64,000 nucleotides of DNA from Flavimaricola sp. (GCA_020629175.1 JAHDDU010000010.1:5788-69787); one strand, 5' to 3'; counted from the first letter of the stretch, positions 9,975-19,464 are shown. Translations and numbers: made by a program. Notes: generated by a model from the letters alone, not told the origin.

Positions 9975-10565
9975 ATGACCGAAACGATGGATCGCCGCCT
10001 GTTCATCGGCTCCGCTGCAGCAGGCCTGATCGCGGCCCCGGCCTTGGCCGTCAGCCAATCCGCCGCACGGTCCTTGGTGGAAAACCTTGTAACAGAGGTG
10101 AATGCCGTCATTGCATCCGGCGTAGGCGAGGCTCAGATGCTGCGCCAGTTTGAAGCCATCTTTCAACGCTACGCAGATGTCTCAACGATCGCAGGGTACG
10201 TTCTGGGTGTTGAAAGACGGCGGGCGACCGCTGCACAGTTGAACGCCTGGGCCACAGCTTATTCCACCTATGTTGCCCGCAAATATGGCCGCAGATTTCG
10301 CGAATTCATCGGCGGGCAAATTCAGGTTGTCACCACGCGCGACTTACCCCGCGGTGTAGAGGTTGAAACAACGGTGGACCTGCGCGGGGAAGCGCCGTTC
10401 CGGGTTGATTTCCACGTCGAAGACAGCCGCGGCCGCCCGCTATTCTTCAACATCGTCATTGAAGGTATCAACATGCTGCTGAGCGAACGGACCGAAATCC
10501 TCGCCCAGCTGGACGCCCGCGGTGGCGACCTTGACCGACTGATCCGCGAGTTGCCGCAGGGCTAG
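9975..10565 (+). CDS. MlaC/Ttg2D-like phospholipid-binding periplasmic protein
   Basis: 196 aa. Tat-like signal MDRRLFIGSAAAGLIAAPALA. C-terminal ..NIVIEGINML.SER.E pattern of the MlaC family. ATG directly follows the mlaA stop. Confidence 0.75.
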   Translation: MTETMDRRLFIGSAAAGLIAAPALAVSQSAARSLVENLVTEVNAVIASGVGEAQMLRQFEAIFQRYADVSTIAGYVLGVERRRATAAQLNAWATAYSTYVARKYGRRFREFIGGQIQVVTTRDLPRGVEVETTVDLRGEAPFRVDFHVEDSRGRPLFFNIVIEGINMLLSERTEILAQLDARGGDLDRLIRELPQG

Positions 10566-12760
10566 TTGTTGCCAAAGATACTGTCGAGAAGGGCATCAAC
10601 CTCAGAATTGGTCTGACCATTTGTCTGGGCTGGAGCGCCAAACTGCTCTTCTAGCATCCGGTCCAGCTCTTCATCGGTGATCTCAAAACTTTCAGCAGCC
10701 AGCTGCGCGCCGAACCCTTCGGGCGGCATCATCGGAAGCGGCGTAGGCTGCGATCCAGCCAGAACACCCTCCATCGTGCGCCGCCAAATCTCGGCAGGCA
10801 GGCCACCGCCAGTGACGCCTTGCATTGGTTCGTTATCGTCAAACCCCATCCAGACACCCACCACATAATCGCTCGAAAACCCGATGAACCACGCATCTCG
10901 CGCGCCATTCGTCGTGCCTGTTTTGGCGGCCAGCTCATAGCCTTCGATCCGCGCACGGCTGCCGGTACCGCGCTCAACAACCTGGTTCATCATCCAAGTC
11001 AGTTCACGCGCAGCCTCTTCCCGGATTACCCGCTCGCGGATGCCACCATCTTGCTCCATCAAAGGCGCGTCGTCCCCCCGCATGCGCAGGTCAATCAGTC
11101 CGTAAGGCGTTACCGCTGACCCTCCATTCAGGATACCGGCATAGGCCCCAGTCATCTCAATCAGTGTGGCCTCTGACACCCCAAGCGCGAGCGCCGGCCC
11201 GCTTGCCAGATCGCTCTGAATGCCAAAGCCTTGGGCAGTCGCCCGGACATTATCGCGGCCCACGGTTTCGGACAGCACAATGGCCGGAATATTGCGCGAC
11301 CCTTCTAGCGCTGTGGTCAAATCGACAGGGCCCACGAACTCACGGTCATAGTTCTCAGGGCACCACTCACCTGATCCGGGTGTCGTCCAGCAAATTGGCT
11401 CGTCAATGATCACATCGTTGCCGCTGTAGCCCTGATCCAAGGCCGCCGCAAAGATGAACGGCTTGAAAGATGATCCCGGCTGCCTCACCGCGCTTGTTGC
11501 ACGGTTGAACAGGCCGACCGCGCGGACGTCGCGCCCGCCAACCATCGCACGAACTGCGCCATCTGCAGACATCACGATGACCGCACCCTGAACCTCGCTG
11601 CCGTCGCGCAAGCTATCATCAAAGGTGCTCAACAAGGCCTGCTCGGCAGCTGTTTGAATTCGCGGGTCGAGGGTGGTGCGAATGATCACATCTTCGGTCG
11701 TGTCATGGGTAAAGAACTCTGGCCCAGTGCGCATGACCCAATCGGCAAAGGCGCCTGCGACCTGCGCCGCGGCCTCCGAACCTTCTGACAGATTGGCGGG
11801 ATTGGCGCGTGCCTCCGCCGCTTGATCGGACGACAGATAGCCCTGTGCCTCCATCAAGCCCACGACAACACTCGCGCGTCCCTGCGATCGTTCGACATTG
11901 CTGGTGAGCGCCAAACGGCTCGGGGCCTGCAACACGCCGGCGAGGTTGGCCGCTTGGGCCGGGCTCAATTCCGACGCGCTGATCCCAAAGTACCGATTTG
12001 AAGCAGCCTCAACACCGTAGGACGATCCGCCAAAATACGCGCGGTTGAGGTAGATCGTGAGGATCTCTTCCTTCGTGTACATCACTTCCATCGCAATCGC
12101 ATAGGCCGCCTCTTGCGCTTTGCGCCAGATCGTAGCCGAGCGGCAGTCCGCCTCGTAGGCGGCCTCGCTCTCCCACGTCTGGGGATCGTACTCGCGTCCG
12201 TTGCAAAGAAGCTTGGCGGTCTGCTGCGTCAACGTGGATCCACCCCGTCCTGCGCCGGGATTGCTCAGATTGCTGCGGATGGCATTGGCAATACCGATCG
12301 GGTCAACACCAGGATGCCAATAGAACCGGCGGTCTTCAGTGGCCACAATGGCATCATGCAGATGTGGCGAAACAGACTGGATGGTCACAAAGCCCCCATG
12401 CTGGTCCCCGCGCGTGGCAAAGACCTGACCATCGCGGTCGAGCAACGTCACAGACCCGTTCACCCGCCCATCCAACAGCTGATCGAACGACGGCAAAGTT
12501 GACGCATAATAGGCGACTGCGATCCCAATGATCAGCGTAACAACAGCTGTCAGACGCCAGACCAAAGCCCAGACGATGCGCAGGATCCCGCGCAGAACAC
12601 CGCCAATCATCGACAGAAGGGCCCCTATTGGCCCGCGCTTGGGCTTTGCAGGTTTGCGCTTGCGCGACATGCGCGGCTTGGGCGCAGGCGCTGGCTTTTT
12701 CGCGTTTCGATAGCGCCTATCAGCCACCAAATGGCCTTTGCGTTTGCCTGTTCCACTCAT
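10562..12760 (-). CDS. Bifunctional class A penicillin-binding protein (PBP1A family transglycosylase/transpeptidase)
   Basis: Transglycosylase motifs (ATEDRRFY.H.G.D, RGGSTLTQQ, ILT.YLN..YFG) and transpeptidase motifs (SSFKP, KTGTT). The 23 codons upstream of ATG 12760 (from TTG 12829) have AT-rich third positions, so I start at 12760. Confidence 0.88.
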   Translation of the reverse strand: MSGTGKRKGHLVADRRYRNAKKPAPAPKPRMSRKRKPAKPKRGPIGALLSMIGGVLRGILRIVWALVWRLTAVVTLIIGIAVAYYASTLPSFDQLLDGRVNGSVTLLDRDGQVFATRGDQHGGFVTIQSVSPHLHDAIVATEDRRFYWHPGVDPIGIANAIRSNLSNPGAGRGGSTLTQQTAKLLCNGREYDPQTWESEAAYEADCRSATIWRKAQEAAYAIAMEVMYTKEEILTIYLNRAYFGGSSYGVEAASNRYFGISASELSPAQAANLAGVLQAPSRLALTSNVERSQGRASVVVGLMEAQGYLSSDQAAEARANPANLSEGSEAAAQVAGAFADWVMRTGPEFFTHDTTEDVIIRTTLDPRIQTAAEQALLSTFDDSLRDGSEVQGAVIVMSADGAVRAMVGGRDVRAVGLFNRATSAVRQPGSSFKPFIFAAALDQGYSGNDVIIDEPICWTTPGSGEWCPENYDREFVGPVDLTTALEGSRNIPAIVLSETVGRDNVRATAQGFGIQSDLASGPALALGVSEATLIEMTGAYAGILNGGSAVTPYGLIDLRMRGDDAPLMEQDGGIRERVIREEAARELTWMMNQVVERGTGSRARIEGYELAAKTGTTNGARDAWFIGFSSDYVVGVWMGFDDNEPMQGVTGGGLPAEIWRRTMEGVLAGSQPTPLPMMPPEGFGAQLAAESFEITDEELDRMLEEQFGAPAQTNGQTNSEVDALLDSIFGNN

Positions 12761-12883
12761 CTCGTGACCTGCCGGTTCATTGTTATGCACTGAATATACA
12801 GAGTCGGTTTTGGAAAGTAGAGCAGGCAAAATCGTAGTTTTTCAGGATTCTCGTCCGCCTAATTTTTAATCGAACACATTTTT

Positions 12884-12910
12884 TTGTGCAAAAATTGTGC
12901 GTTATCGCAC
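12884..12910. promoter_or_regulatory. Direct repeat TTGTGC(A/G) at 11-bp spacing, overlapping the palindrome GTGCG-TTAT-CGCAC, upstream of glnK
   Basis: TTGTGCA 12884-12890 and TTGTGCG 12895-12901. Perfect 5-4-5 palindrome at 12897-12910. Lies in an AT-rich intergenic region 115-140 bp before the glnK start. Confidence 0.4.
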
Positions 12911-13023
12911 GAAACACCCCCAGTTCATCACTGCCGATTCCTTGAGCCTGCCCGCGCCAGCCCTCCTTGATGCAGCGGAGCGCGGCTGACACTGGCCGGT
13001 TTTGCAACAACGAGGGGAAAATC

Positions 13024-13362
13024 GTGAAATACATCATCGCGACAATCAAACCGTTCAAACTCGAAGAGGTCCGCGAAGCGCTGACTGGCATCGGGGTGCG
13101 CGGGATGATGGTGACTGAGATCAAGGGCTTTGGATCCCAGTCCGGACACACCGAGATTTATCGCGGCGCCGAGTACGCCGTGAACTTCGTACCGAAGGTA
13201 AAGCTCGAGATCGCGGTTCAGGACAACATGGCCGAGCAAGTTGTCTCGACCATCTCGACAACCGCGAAAACAGACAAAATCGGCGACGGCAAAGTGTTTG
13301 TCCTCGACCTCGAAAGTGCCATGCGCGTGCGCACCGGCGAAACCAACGACGACGCGCTCTAA
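13024..13362 (+). CDS. glnK: P-II nitrogen regulatory protein GlnK
   Basis: 112 aa from GTG 13024 (VKYIIATIKPFKLEEVREAL...) with T-loop YRGAEY. SD GAGGGGA lies upstream. The tracked ORF start at 12967 adds 19 non-homologous residues. Confidence 0.93.
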   Translation: MKYIIATIKPFKLEEVREALTGIGVRGMMVTEIKGFGSQSGHTEIYRGAEYAVNFVPKVKLEIAVQDNMAEQVVSTISTTAKTDKIGDGKVFVLDLESAMRVRTGETNDDAL

Positions 13363-13386
13363 GCGGCGTTGGAAGGAGTACTACGG

Positions 13387-14736
13387 ATGATGAAACTCAA
13401 AACACCCCTGGCCCTTGCCACAGCGCTCGTCGCAGTGACCGCAAGCGCTGCCTCCGCTCAAGAAGCGGGCGTGAACCCGTCGACCGATATGGTCTTTATC
13501 ATGAACTCGCTGCTGTTCCTGTTTGGCGGCGTGCTTGTGTTCTTTATGGCTGCAGGCTTTGCCATGCTCGAAGGCGGTTTGGTGCGTTCCAAAAACGTCA
13601 CGATGCAGATGACGAAAAACGTGGCGCTCTTCTCTCTCGCCGCAATTGCTTACTATGCCATCGGATACAATCTTATGTACCCATTGGGAGATTGGATGAT
13701 CGGCTCTGACGAGACAGGTGGTCTGCTGTCCAACCTTTGGGGCGTAGCTGTCATGGAAGCCGTCGGCGTCGATGCTGCAGGTGCGGACGATTACTCCTAT
13801 GCCGCGACAAGCTCAGACTACATCTTCCAGCTCATGTTCTGTGCAGCCACCGCCTCTATCGTCTCTGGTGCATTGGCTGAGCGCATCAAGCTCTGGCCGT
13901 TCTTGATCTTCACCATCCTGCTGACGGGTATCATCTACCCAATCCAGGCCTCATGGTCCTGGGGTGGTGGCTTCTTTGCCAGCGATTACGAGTTTGAAGA
14001 CTTCGCAGGTTCGACAATCGTGCATTCGGTCGGCGGCTGGGCTGCGCTCGTCGGGGCGATCATCCTTGGGCCACGTATTGGCAAGTACAAGGACGGTCGC
14101 GTTGTCCCAATGCTGGGCTCCAACCTGCAGATGGCCACACTCGGCACATTCATCCTGTGGCTTGGCTGGTTCGGCTTTAACGGCGGCTCACAGCTTGCCA
14201 TGGGCTCTGTCGGTGACGTGGCTGACGTTGGCCGTATCTTTGCCAACACAAACGCTGCTGCCGCAGGTGGTGCTGTAACAGCGCTGATCCTCACACAGCT
14301 GATGTACAAAAAGCCTGACCTCACCATGATCCTGAACGGTGCCCTCGCCGGTCTCGTGTCGATCACAGCTGGTCCGCTTGAGCCGACGCTTGGCCTTGCG
14401 ACAGTGATCGGTGCTGTTGGTGGTGTGATCGTGGTCTTCGCCGTACCGTTCCTCGACAAGCTGAAGATCGACGATGTCGTTGGTGCAATCCCGGTTCACC
14501 TTTTTGCAGGTATCTGGGGCACTCTGGCGGTGCTGATCAGCTCTGAGACTGCGACCTTTATGGGGCAGCTGATGCCAATCATCATCACAGGCCTCTTCGT
14601 CTCAATCGTTTCCGGTATCGTTTGGTTCGTCCTGAAGGCGACCGTCGGGATCCGTGTCGACGAAGAAGCCGAGATCATGGGCCTCGACAGCTCCGAGCTT
14701 GGCATGGAGGCCTATCCAGACTTCACCAAAGGCTAA
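13387..14736 (+). CDS. amtB: Ammonium transporter AmtB
   Basis: Signal peptide plus 11 TM helices. Conserved FAGSTIVHSVGGWAAL and AIPVHL.AGIWGT motifs. SD GGAAGGAG lies 8 nt before ATG 13387. Confidence 0.93.
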   Translation: MMKLKTPLALATALVAVTASAASAQEAGVNPSTDMVFIMNSLLFLFGGVLVFFMAAGFAMLEGGLVRSKNVTMQMTKNVALFSLAAIAYYAIGYNLMYPLGDWMIGSDETGGLLSNLWGVAVMEAVGVDAAGADDYSYAATSSDYIFQLMFCAATASIVSGALAERIKLWPFLIFTILLTGIIYPIQASWSWGGGFFASDYEFEDFAGSTIVHSVGGWAALVGAIILGPRIGKYKDGRVVPMLGSNLQMATLGTFILWLGWFGFNGGSQLAMGSVGDVADVGRIFANTNAAAAGGAVTALILTQLMYKKPDLTMILNGALAGLVSITAGPLEPTLGLATVIGAVGGVIVVFAVPFLDKLKIDDVVGAIPVHLFAGIWGTLAVLISSETATFMGQLMPIIITGLFVSIVSGIVWFVLKATVGIRVDEEAEIMGLDSSELGMEAYPDFTKG

Positions 14737-14760
14737 ATCCCTCCTAGGCCTTTGACACGG

Positions 14761-14797
14761 CCCCGGGCGCGCGCTCCCTCGCGCCCGGGGTTTTTTT
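14761..14797 (+). terminator. Rho-independent terminator of glnK-amtB
   Basis: Perfect 11-bp stem CCCCGGGCGCG/CGCGCCCGGGG, 8-nt loop, then TTTTTTT. Confidence 0.9.
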
Positions 14798-14873
14798 GTG
14801 CCTAAAGCAAACGTGAACGCAGGGTGAGCGATCCGGGGATATAGTCAGGCGCAATTCAGTCAAGGTGAGGCCC

Positions 14874-16259
14874 ATGACACGTTCCATTCCACTCAATCGT
14901 TTCGTAACCCTGCTCGCCCTTGGCCTTTGCGCTTGCTTGACATGGACACAGCCACTGCGCGCACAAACTGCAGCGCTACCAGACCATGTCGTAGCAGCCT
15001 ACGGCGCCCCGCCTACGATACCGAGCGGCCCGCTGTCGACAGAGGCACAGGAGGCGCTTGCAGACATTCTGGGCTACAGCCTTAACCAATCCGCCTGGAA
15101 CCCGGTGGATGGCGATGCTTTTGATGCGCTCGTCGCCGCTGGCGACCCTCGCTCCGTCTGGCTGCTCACCGACATGATGCGCTTTACATGGCGGCCTGAG
15201 TTTGCTGCCGCTCTCGCCCGCACCTCCTACTCGATCCTTGATGTGGAACGCGACGGCATTGACCATTGGGGCCGCGTCACGAACCACATGATCGCGTGGG
15301 ATATGCCTGCTTATCCCGGCTACCTTGCTGACAAGCGCACAATCTTTACCAACTATGTCCCCGGGTGGGAGCAGATATTTGTGGAAGGTGATATCAACTG
15401 GCCGCTCGTCTCATGGGGTGGGGTCAATATTGACGACAGACCTTACGACACCACCAATGACATATGCCACTGCATCCCAGCGGTCGACAACCCGACCGTC
15501 AGCTCTGCGGAAGAGGCGACATGGCTCGCCGATGACGCCGTCGTTTTTGGGCTCTCAATCAATGGCGAAGCGCGCGCCTATCCGCGCCGGATCATGGAAA
15601 TCCGCGAGATGGTGAATGACACTTTGGGCGGCCGTGATCTGGGCATTCCGTACTGCACGCTCTGTGGCGCGGCGCAGGCCTACTATACAGACATGATGCC
15701 TGTCGGTATCTCGCGCCCTGTCCTGCGCACTTCGGGTCTCTTGATCCGGTCAAACAAGGTGATGTTTGACATCAACACCTACTCTGTTTTCGACACGTTC
15801 CTCGGGCACGCCGTGACCGGCCCTCTGGCCGAACGTGGCATCGTGTTGGATCAGGCACCAGTGATCACCACCACTTGGGGCGCATGGAAAGCCGCCCATC
15901 CGCACACCACCGTGCTGACCGAAGACCTCGCCCTTGGCCGGGACTTTGATTTGCGCAACACACGCGACGCCAATGGGCCGATCTTTCCTGTGGGAGATGT
16001 GGATCCCCGCATGTCAGTGCATGAAGACGTGATCGGCATCACCACTTCGGCCGGCACTCCGGTCGCCTTTCAGCGCAGCACGGCCCTTGCCGCCTTGCAG
16101 AGCGGGCAGGACGTTGGCTTTGAAGATGTCCGGCTCATCCTCGACGCGGGAGGATTGCGTGCGGTGAGTGAGGATGGCAGCGATCTGGGCAGCCATCAGG
16201 CATTCTGGTTCGCCTGGTCCCAATTTCATCCCGATACACAGGTTTGGACAGCGCAGTAG
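14874..16259 (+). CDS. DUF3179 domain-containing exported protein
   Basis: Signal peptide (LALGLCACLTWTQPLRA). V.F....NGEARAYP..I........D..G and IPYCTLCG motifs recalled for DUF3179. SD AAGGTGAGG precedes ATG 14874. Confidence 0.65.
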   Translation: MTRSIPLNRFVTLLALGLCACLTWTQPLRAQTAALPDHVVAAYGAPPTIPSGPLSTEAQEALADILGYSLNQSAWNPVDGDAFDALVAAGDPRSVWLLTDMMRFTWRPEFAAALARTSYSILDVERDGIDHWGRVTNHMIAWDMPAYPGYLADKRTIFTNYVPGWEQIFVEGDINWPLVSWGGVNIDDRPYDTTNDICHCIPAVDNPTVSSAEEATWLADDAVVFGLSINGEARAYPRRIMEIREMVNDTLGGRDLGIPYCTLCGAAQAYYTDMMPVGISRPVLRTSGLLIRSNKVMFDINTYSVFDTFLGHAVTGPLAERGIVLDQAPVITTTWGAWKAAHPHTTVLTEDLALGRDFDLRNTRDANGPIFPVGDVDPRMSVHEDVIGITTSAGTPVAFQRSTALAALQSGQDVGFEDVRLILDAGGLRAVSEDGSDLGSHQAFWFAWSQFHPDTQVWTAQ

Positions 16260-16265
16260 ACCCGG

Positions 16266-17450
16266 TCAGACGCCCGCATCCACAATCGCGCGCGCCAGAA
16301 CGGGGATCGTCGCCTCGTTCAGTCCCGCAATGTTCATGCGGCTGTCGCCCACCATGTATATCCCGTGGTCCGCGCGCATCTTCTCGACAAGCTCCGGCGT
16401 CGTCCCAAGACGCGAGAACATGCCGCGGTGATGGGCCAGAAAATCGAACCGGTCATCATTGGTCAGACGCTTCAGCTCATCTGCAAGGCTCTGCCGCAGT
16501 GTCAGCATGCCAAGGCGAACCTCTTCCAGCTCGGCCTCCCAATCCGCACGGAGCGCCGGATCCGTGAGGATCGTCGTCACGACGCGCGCCCCGTGATCGG
16601 GCGGGAAAGAATAGTTCTGCCGATTGAGGAACGACAGCGTGCCTTGCGCTTTTGTCGCGGCCTCTGCGTTGCGCGTCACGGCCATCAAGATGCCTGTCCG
16701 CTCGCGATAAATTCCAAAATTCTTGGAACAGGACGCCGCAATCAGACACTCGTCCACGCCCGCTGCCACAAGCCGGGTCGCTGCGGCATCTGCCTCCAGC
16801 CCATCGCCAAACCCCTGATAGGCAATGTCGATGAACGGGATGGCCTCTTTGGCCTTCAGAAGGGCAATGACCTCATGCCATTGCGCCCCGCTCAGGTTCG
16901 CGCCCGTCGGGTTGTGGCAGCACCCGTGCAGCAAAACAACATCGCCCGCTTTGATCGCTTGCAGGTCTTCCATCATGCCTGCGAAATCGACACCGCGTGT
17001 GGCGCTGTCGAAATAGCGATACTCGGCGGAGGGGATGCCTAAAAATTTGATGATCGACGGATGGTTCGGCCAGGTCGGGTTTGACAGCCAAACCGTGGCC
17101 TCAGGGGCCGCGAGCTTGATCAGCTCCAACGCCTGACGAATAGCACCCGTGCCACCGGGTGTGGCCACGGCGCCGATACGCTCGCGTTCAACAGCATCTC
17201 CGAGCACCAGCCCGATCATCGCGTCTGAAAAGGCCGGATCCCCGGCAAGGCCGGTGTAGGCTTTCGTGTCCTGCGCATCGACAAGCCGTTGTTCAGCGGC
17301 CTTAACCGCACGCATCACAGGCGTCTTGCCTGACGCATCCTTGTAAACACCTACGCCCAGATCAACCTTGGCCTCGCGCGGATCAGCCCGATAAGCGGCC
17401 ATCAGGGACAGAATTTTATCAGCGGGCTGCGCTGCAAGGGTATCAAACAT
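16266..17450 (-). CDS. Aspartate/aromatic amino acid aminotransferase (AspC/TyrB family)
   Basis: From MFDTLAAQPADKILSL...DLGVGVYKD..GKTPV, which is near-colinear with the E. coli AspC N-terminus. SKNFG.YRER PLP-lysine motif. ATG overlaps the sseA stop (ATGA). Confidence 0.9.
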   Translation of the reverse strand: MFDTLAAQPADKILSLMAAYRADPREAKVDLGVGVYKDASGKTPVMRAVKAAEQRLVDAQDTKAYTGLAGDPAFSDAMIGLVLGDAVERERIGAVATPGGTGAIRQALELIKLAAPEATVWLSNPTWPNHPSIIKFLGIPSAEYRYFDSATRGVDFAGMMEDLQAIKAGDVVLLHGCCHNPTGANLSGAQWHEVIALLKAKEAIPFIDIAYQGFGDGLEADAAATRLVAAGVDECLIAASCSKNFGIYRERTGILMAVTRNAEAATKAQGTLSFLNRQNYSFPPDHGARVVTTILTDPALRADWEAELEEVRLGMLTLRQSLADELKRLTNDDRFDFLAHHRGMFSRLGTTPELVEKMRADHGIYMVGDSRMNIAGLNEATIPVLARAIVDAGV

Positions 17451-18310
17451 CAAGCCTCTCCAGTGGCGATTGGTAGATCTGCGAACATGCCCCATTCGGA
17501 CCATGATCCATCGTAAACGGCGTGGTCTTCTTTACCGATCCGCGTCAGCGCCAGCGCAAGAATACCCGCGGTCACGCCCGATCCGCAGGTGGTGATCGCA
17601 GGTTTTGTCAAATCAACGCCCGCATCGCGAAACACCTTCTCAAGCTCAGCACGACCTTTCATCGTGCCATCGCCGTTGAGCACCTCAGCAAAGGGGATGT
17701 TTTTGGAGCCGGGGATATGCCCGGAGCGCATGCCCTCGCGTGGCTCTTCCTCTGCACCGGTGAACCGGCCCTCGGGTCGCGCGTCGATAATCTCGTGACT
17801 GCCAAGTTTGGCCGCACGCGCCACTTCGGTCACGTCCTTGATCATGCCGTTCTGGCGCGTGACCGTCATATGCCTGTCGCGAATGATAGGGGCCTCATCC
17901 GTCAATGGACGCCCCTCGGCCTTCCACTTCGGCAGCCCACCATCCAGAACCGCCACATCCATCTGGCCCATCAGGCGAAAGTTCCACCAAACGCGGGCCG
18001 CCGAGAATAGACCAAGCGCGTCATACACCACCACTTGATGTCCGTCGCCCACACCCATCGCTCTCATTCGGGACATGAATTTTTCGATTGGGGCCACTGT
18101 GTGCGGCTGTCCAGTGCGCAAATCGGCGATCTCATCAATATCAAAGTACCGCGCACCAGGTATGTGGCCCTCTGCATATTCCGCTTTGGCGTCACGCTCC
18201 ATCGCCGGCAAGAACCACGTGGCATCGAGGATCCGCAGATCAGGTGACTTCAGATGGTCAGCCAACCATTGGGTCGACACCAAGGATTTTGGATCGTCGG
18301 ACATGGGCAT
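17450..18310 (-). CDS. sseA: 3-mercaptopyruvate sulfurtransferase (tandem rhodanese)
   Basis: 286 aa. Two rhodanese domains. Active-site CGSGVTA loop typical of MST. Confidence 0.88.
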   Translation of the reverse strand: MPMSDDPKSLVSTQWLADHLKSPDLRILDATWFLPAMERDAKAEYAEGHIPGARYFDIDEIADLRTGQPHTVAPIEKFMSRMRAMGVGDGHQVVVYDALGLFSAARVWWNFRLMGQMDVAVLDGGLPKWKAEGRPLTDEAPIIRDRHMTVTRQNGMIKDVTEVARAAKLGSHEIIDARPEGRFTGAEEEPREGMRSGHIPGSKNIPFAEVLNGDGTMKGRAELEKVFRDAGVDLTKPAITTCGSGVTAGILALALTRIGKEDHAVYDGSWSEWGMFADLPIATGEA

Positions 18311-18378
18311 ACCTCGTTTCGGACACGCAGCATGACCTAGACCTCCGGGCGCAGTCTGGCAAGGTCCCGAACGGCAAA

Positions 18379-18400
18379 CGGGCCCGCAAAAGCAGGCCCG
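18379..18400 (-). terminator. GC-rich hairpin downstream of the glycine-rich ORF (weak terminator candidate)
   Basis: CGGGCC (18379-18384) pairs with GGCCCG (18395-18400), 10-nt loop. On the minus strand it is followed by TTTGCCGTT. Confidence 0.45.
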
Positions 18401-18425
18401 CTTGCGTCATTTCAATGAGGGTTGA

Positions 18426-18746
18426 TTAGCCGTTGTTGCTCATCATTTTCTTGACGACACCAACGATGGCCATCAGCACGCCACCGCCAACGCCGCCAGA
18501 GGCGACCTGACCGATGATCCCGTCCATCGCACCGGACGAGGCAGCATCCGCTGCAGCTTCACCAGCACCGCCCAAGAGGTTCCCGATGGGGCCACCAAGC
18601 AGGCCGCCACCAAGGACGCCACCAATGGCGCCAACGATGCTGTTGCCCGCACCGCCAAGCGACAGGCCACGTGCGGCCGCGCCAACACCGTTGCCGCCGA
18701 CCAGCCCAGAGACGGCTTGAATGATTAGAGGGAGAATGGCTTCCAT
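18426..18746 (-). CDS. Small glycine/alanine-rich hydrophobic protein (glycine-zipper-like), function unknown
   Basis: 106 aa, more than 35% Gly. SD GGAAGGA upstream and a hairpin downstream. Third-codon positions are GC-biased in this frame. Confidence 0.6.
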   Translation of the reverse strand: MEAILPLIIQAVSGLVGGNGVGAAARGLSLGGAGNSIVGAIGGVLGGGLLGGPIGNLLGGAGEAAADAASSGAMDGIIGQVASGGVGGGVLMAIVGVVKKMMSNNG

Positions 18747-18888
18747 GTGTCCCGTTCCTTCCTGTCGGGCCGATTGTTGACGTAGCGGTAGGCGCCGACC
18801 CGTTCGCGAACCTTGCGCACAAAATAGCAGCAGTTAACAAAATATTACAGAAGAAATCGAGATATGGTCTGGAATGCCTGACCAACCA

Positions 18889-19368
18889 CTAGCTGTTGTC
18901 CCGCAACAGGCGCTGTTTTTGACGGCCCCAATCCCGCTTGGCCTCGGTCTCGCGCTTGTCATGCAGCTTTTTGCCTTTGGCAATCGCGATCTTGAGCTTC
19001 ACCCGACCTTTGTCATTGAAATACATCACCAATGGCACGAGGGTCATTCCCTCACGCTGGGTCGCATTCCAGAGCTTTGATAGCTCTTTCGCTTTACACA
19101 ACAGCTTGCGGCGCTGACGCTCGTTTGTGTGGCCCCAGGTCTTTGCGGGCTCGTATTTGGCGATGTAGGCATTCGTCAGCCAAAGTTCGCCGTTCTCGAC
19201 GCTGGCATAGCTTTCCGCGATGTTCGATTGGCCAACCCGCAAAGACTTCACTTCTGATCCTTGCAGCACAATGCCAACCTCAAGGTCTTCCTCGATGGCA
19301 TAGTCGTAGCGCGCGCGCCGGTTCTCGGCGACGACCTTGTAATTCGTCTTCTCAGGTTTCTTGGCCAT
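18889..19368 (-). CDS. smpB: SsrA-binding protein SmpB
   Basis: From [24 protein letters not shown]......G..L.G.EVKS.R, canonical SmpB. The tracked ORF start at 19446 adds 26 residues. Confidence 0.93.
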   Translation of the reverse strand: MAKKPEKTNYKVVAENRRARYDYAIEEDLEVGIVLQGSEVKSLRVGQSNIAESYASVENGELWLTNAYIAKYEPAKTWGHTNERQRRKLLCKAKELSKLWNATQREGMTLVPLVMYFNDKGRVKLKIAIAKGKKLHDKRETEAKRDWGRQKQRLLRDNS

Positions 19369-19464
19369 AGTTGTGCCGAGATAGGGGTTGCCATGGAAAC
19401 TGTCCAGTGGTCGGTCCCGCACGAATTGGGTCGCAACCCGCTGCAACAGAGGTAAAGTGCGGGT

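Noticed and set aside
12761-12829. N-terminal extensions of tracked ORFs: PBP1A from TTG 12829, plus 9114-9218 (mlaA), 19369-19446 (smpB), 21534-21659 (dapA), 25155-25292 (mnmD), 36243-36353 (sbcD-like) and 43388-43507 (hyuA-like)
   Set aside because: Homology-type N-termini and SD sequences sit at internal starts. The upstream codons show AT-rich third positions or overlap divergent genes.
12993-13006. Sigma-54-like TGGCC...TTGCA upstream of glnK
   Set aside because: The GG to GC spacing is 10 nt instead of the canonical 12 (TGGCAC-N5-TTGC). It cannot be a standard -24/-12 promoter.
18426-18746. Reading the glycine-rich peptide as cargo of the type I secretion system at 6038-9096
   Set aside because: The ABC lacks the C39 peptidase domain needed for double-glycine leaders. 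The genes are 9 kb apart with unrelated operons between, and there is no C-terminal RTX-type signal.
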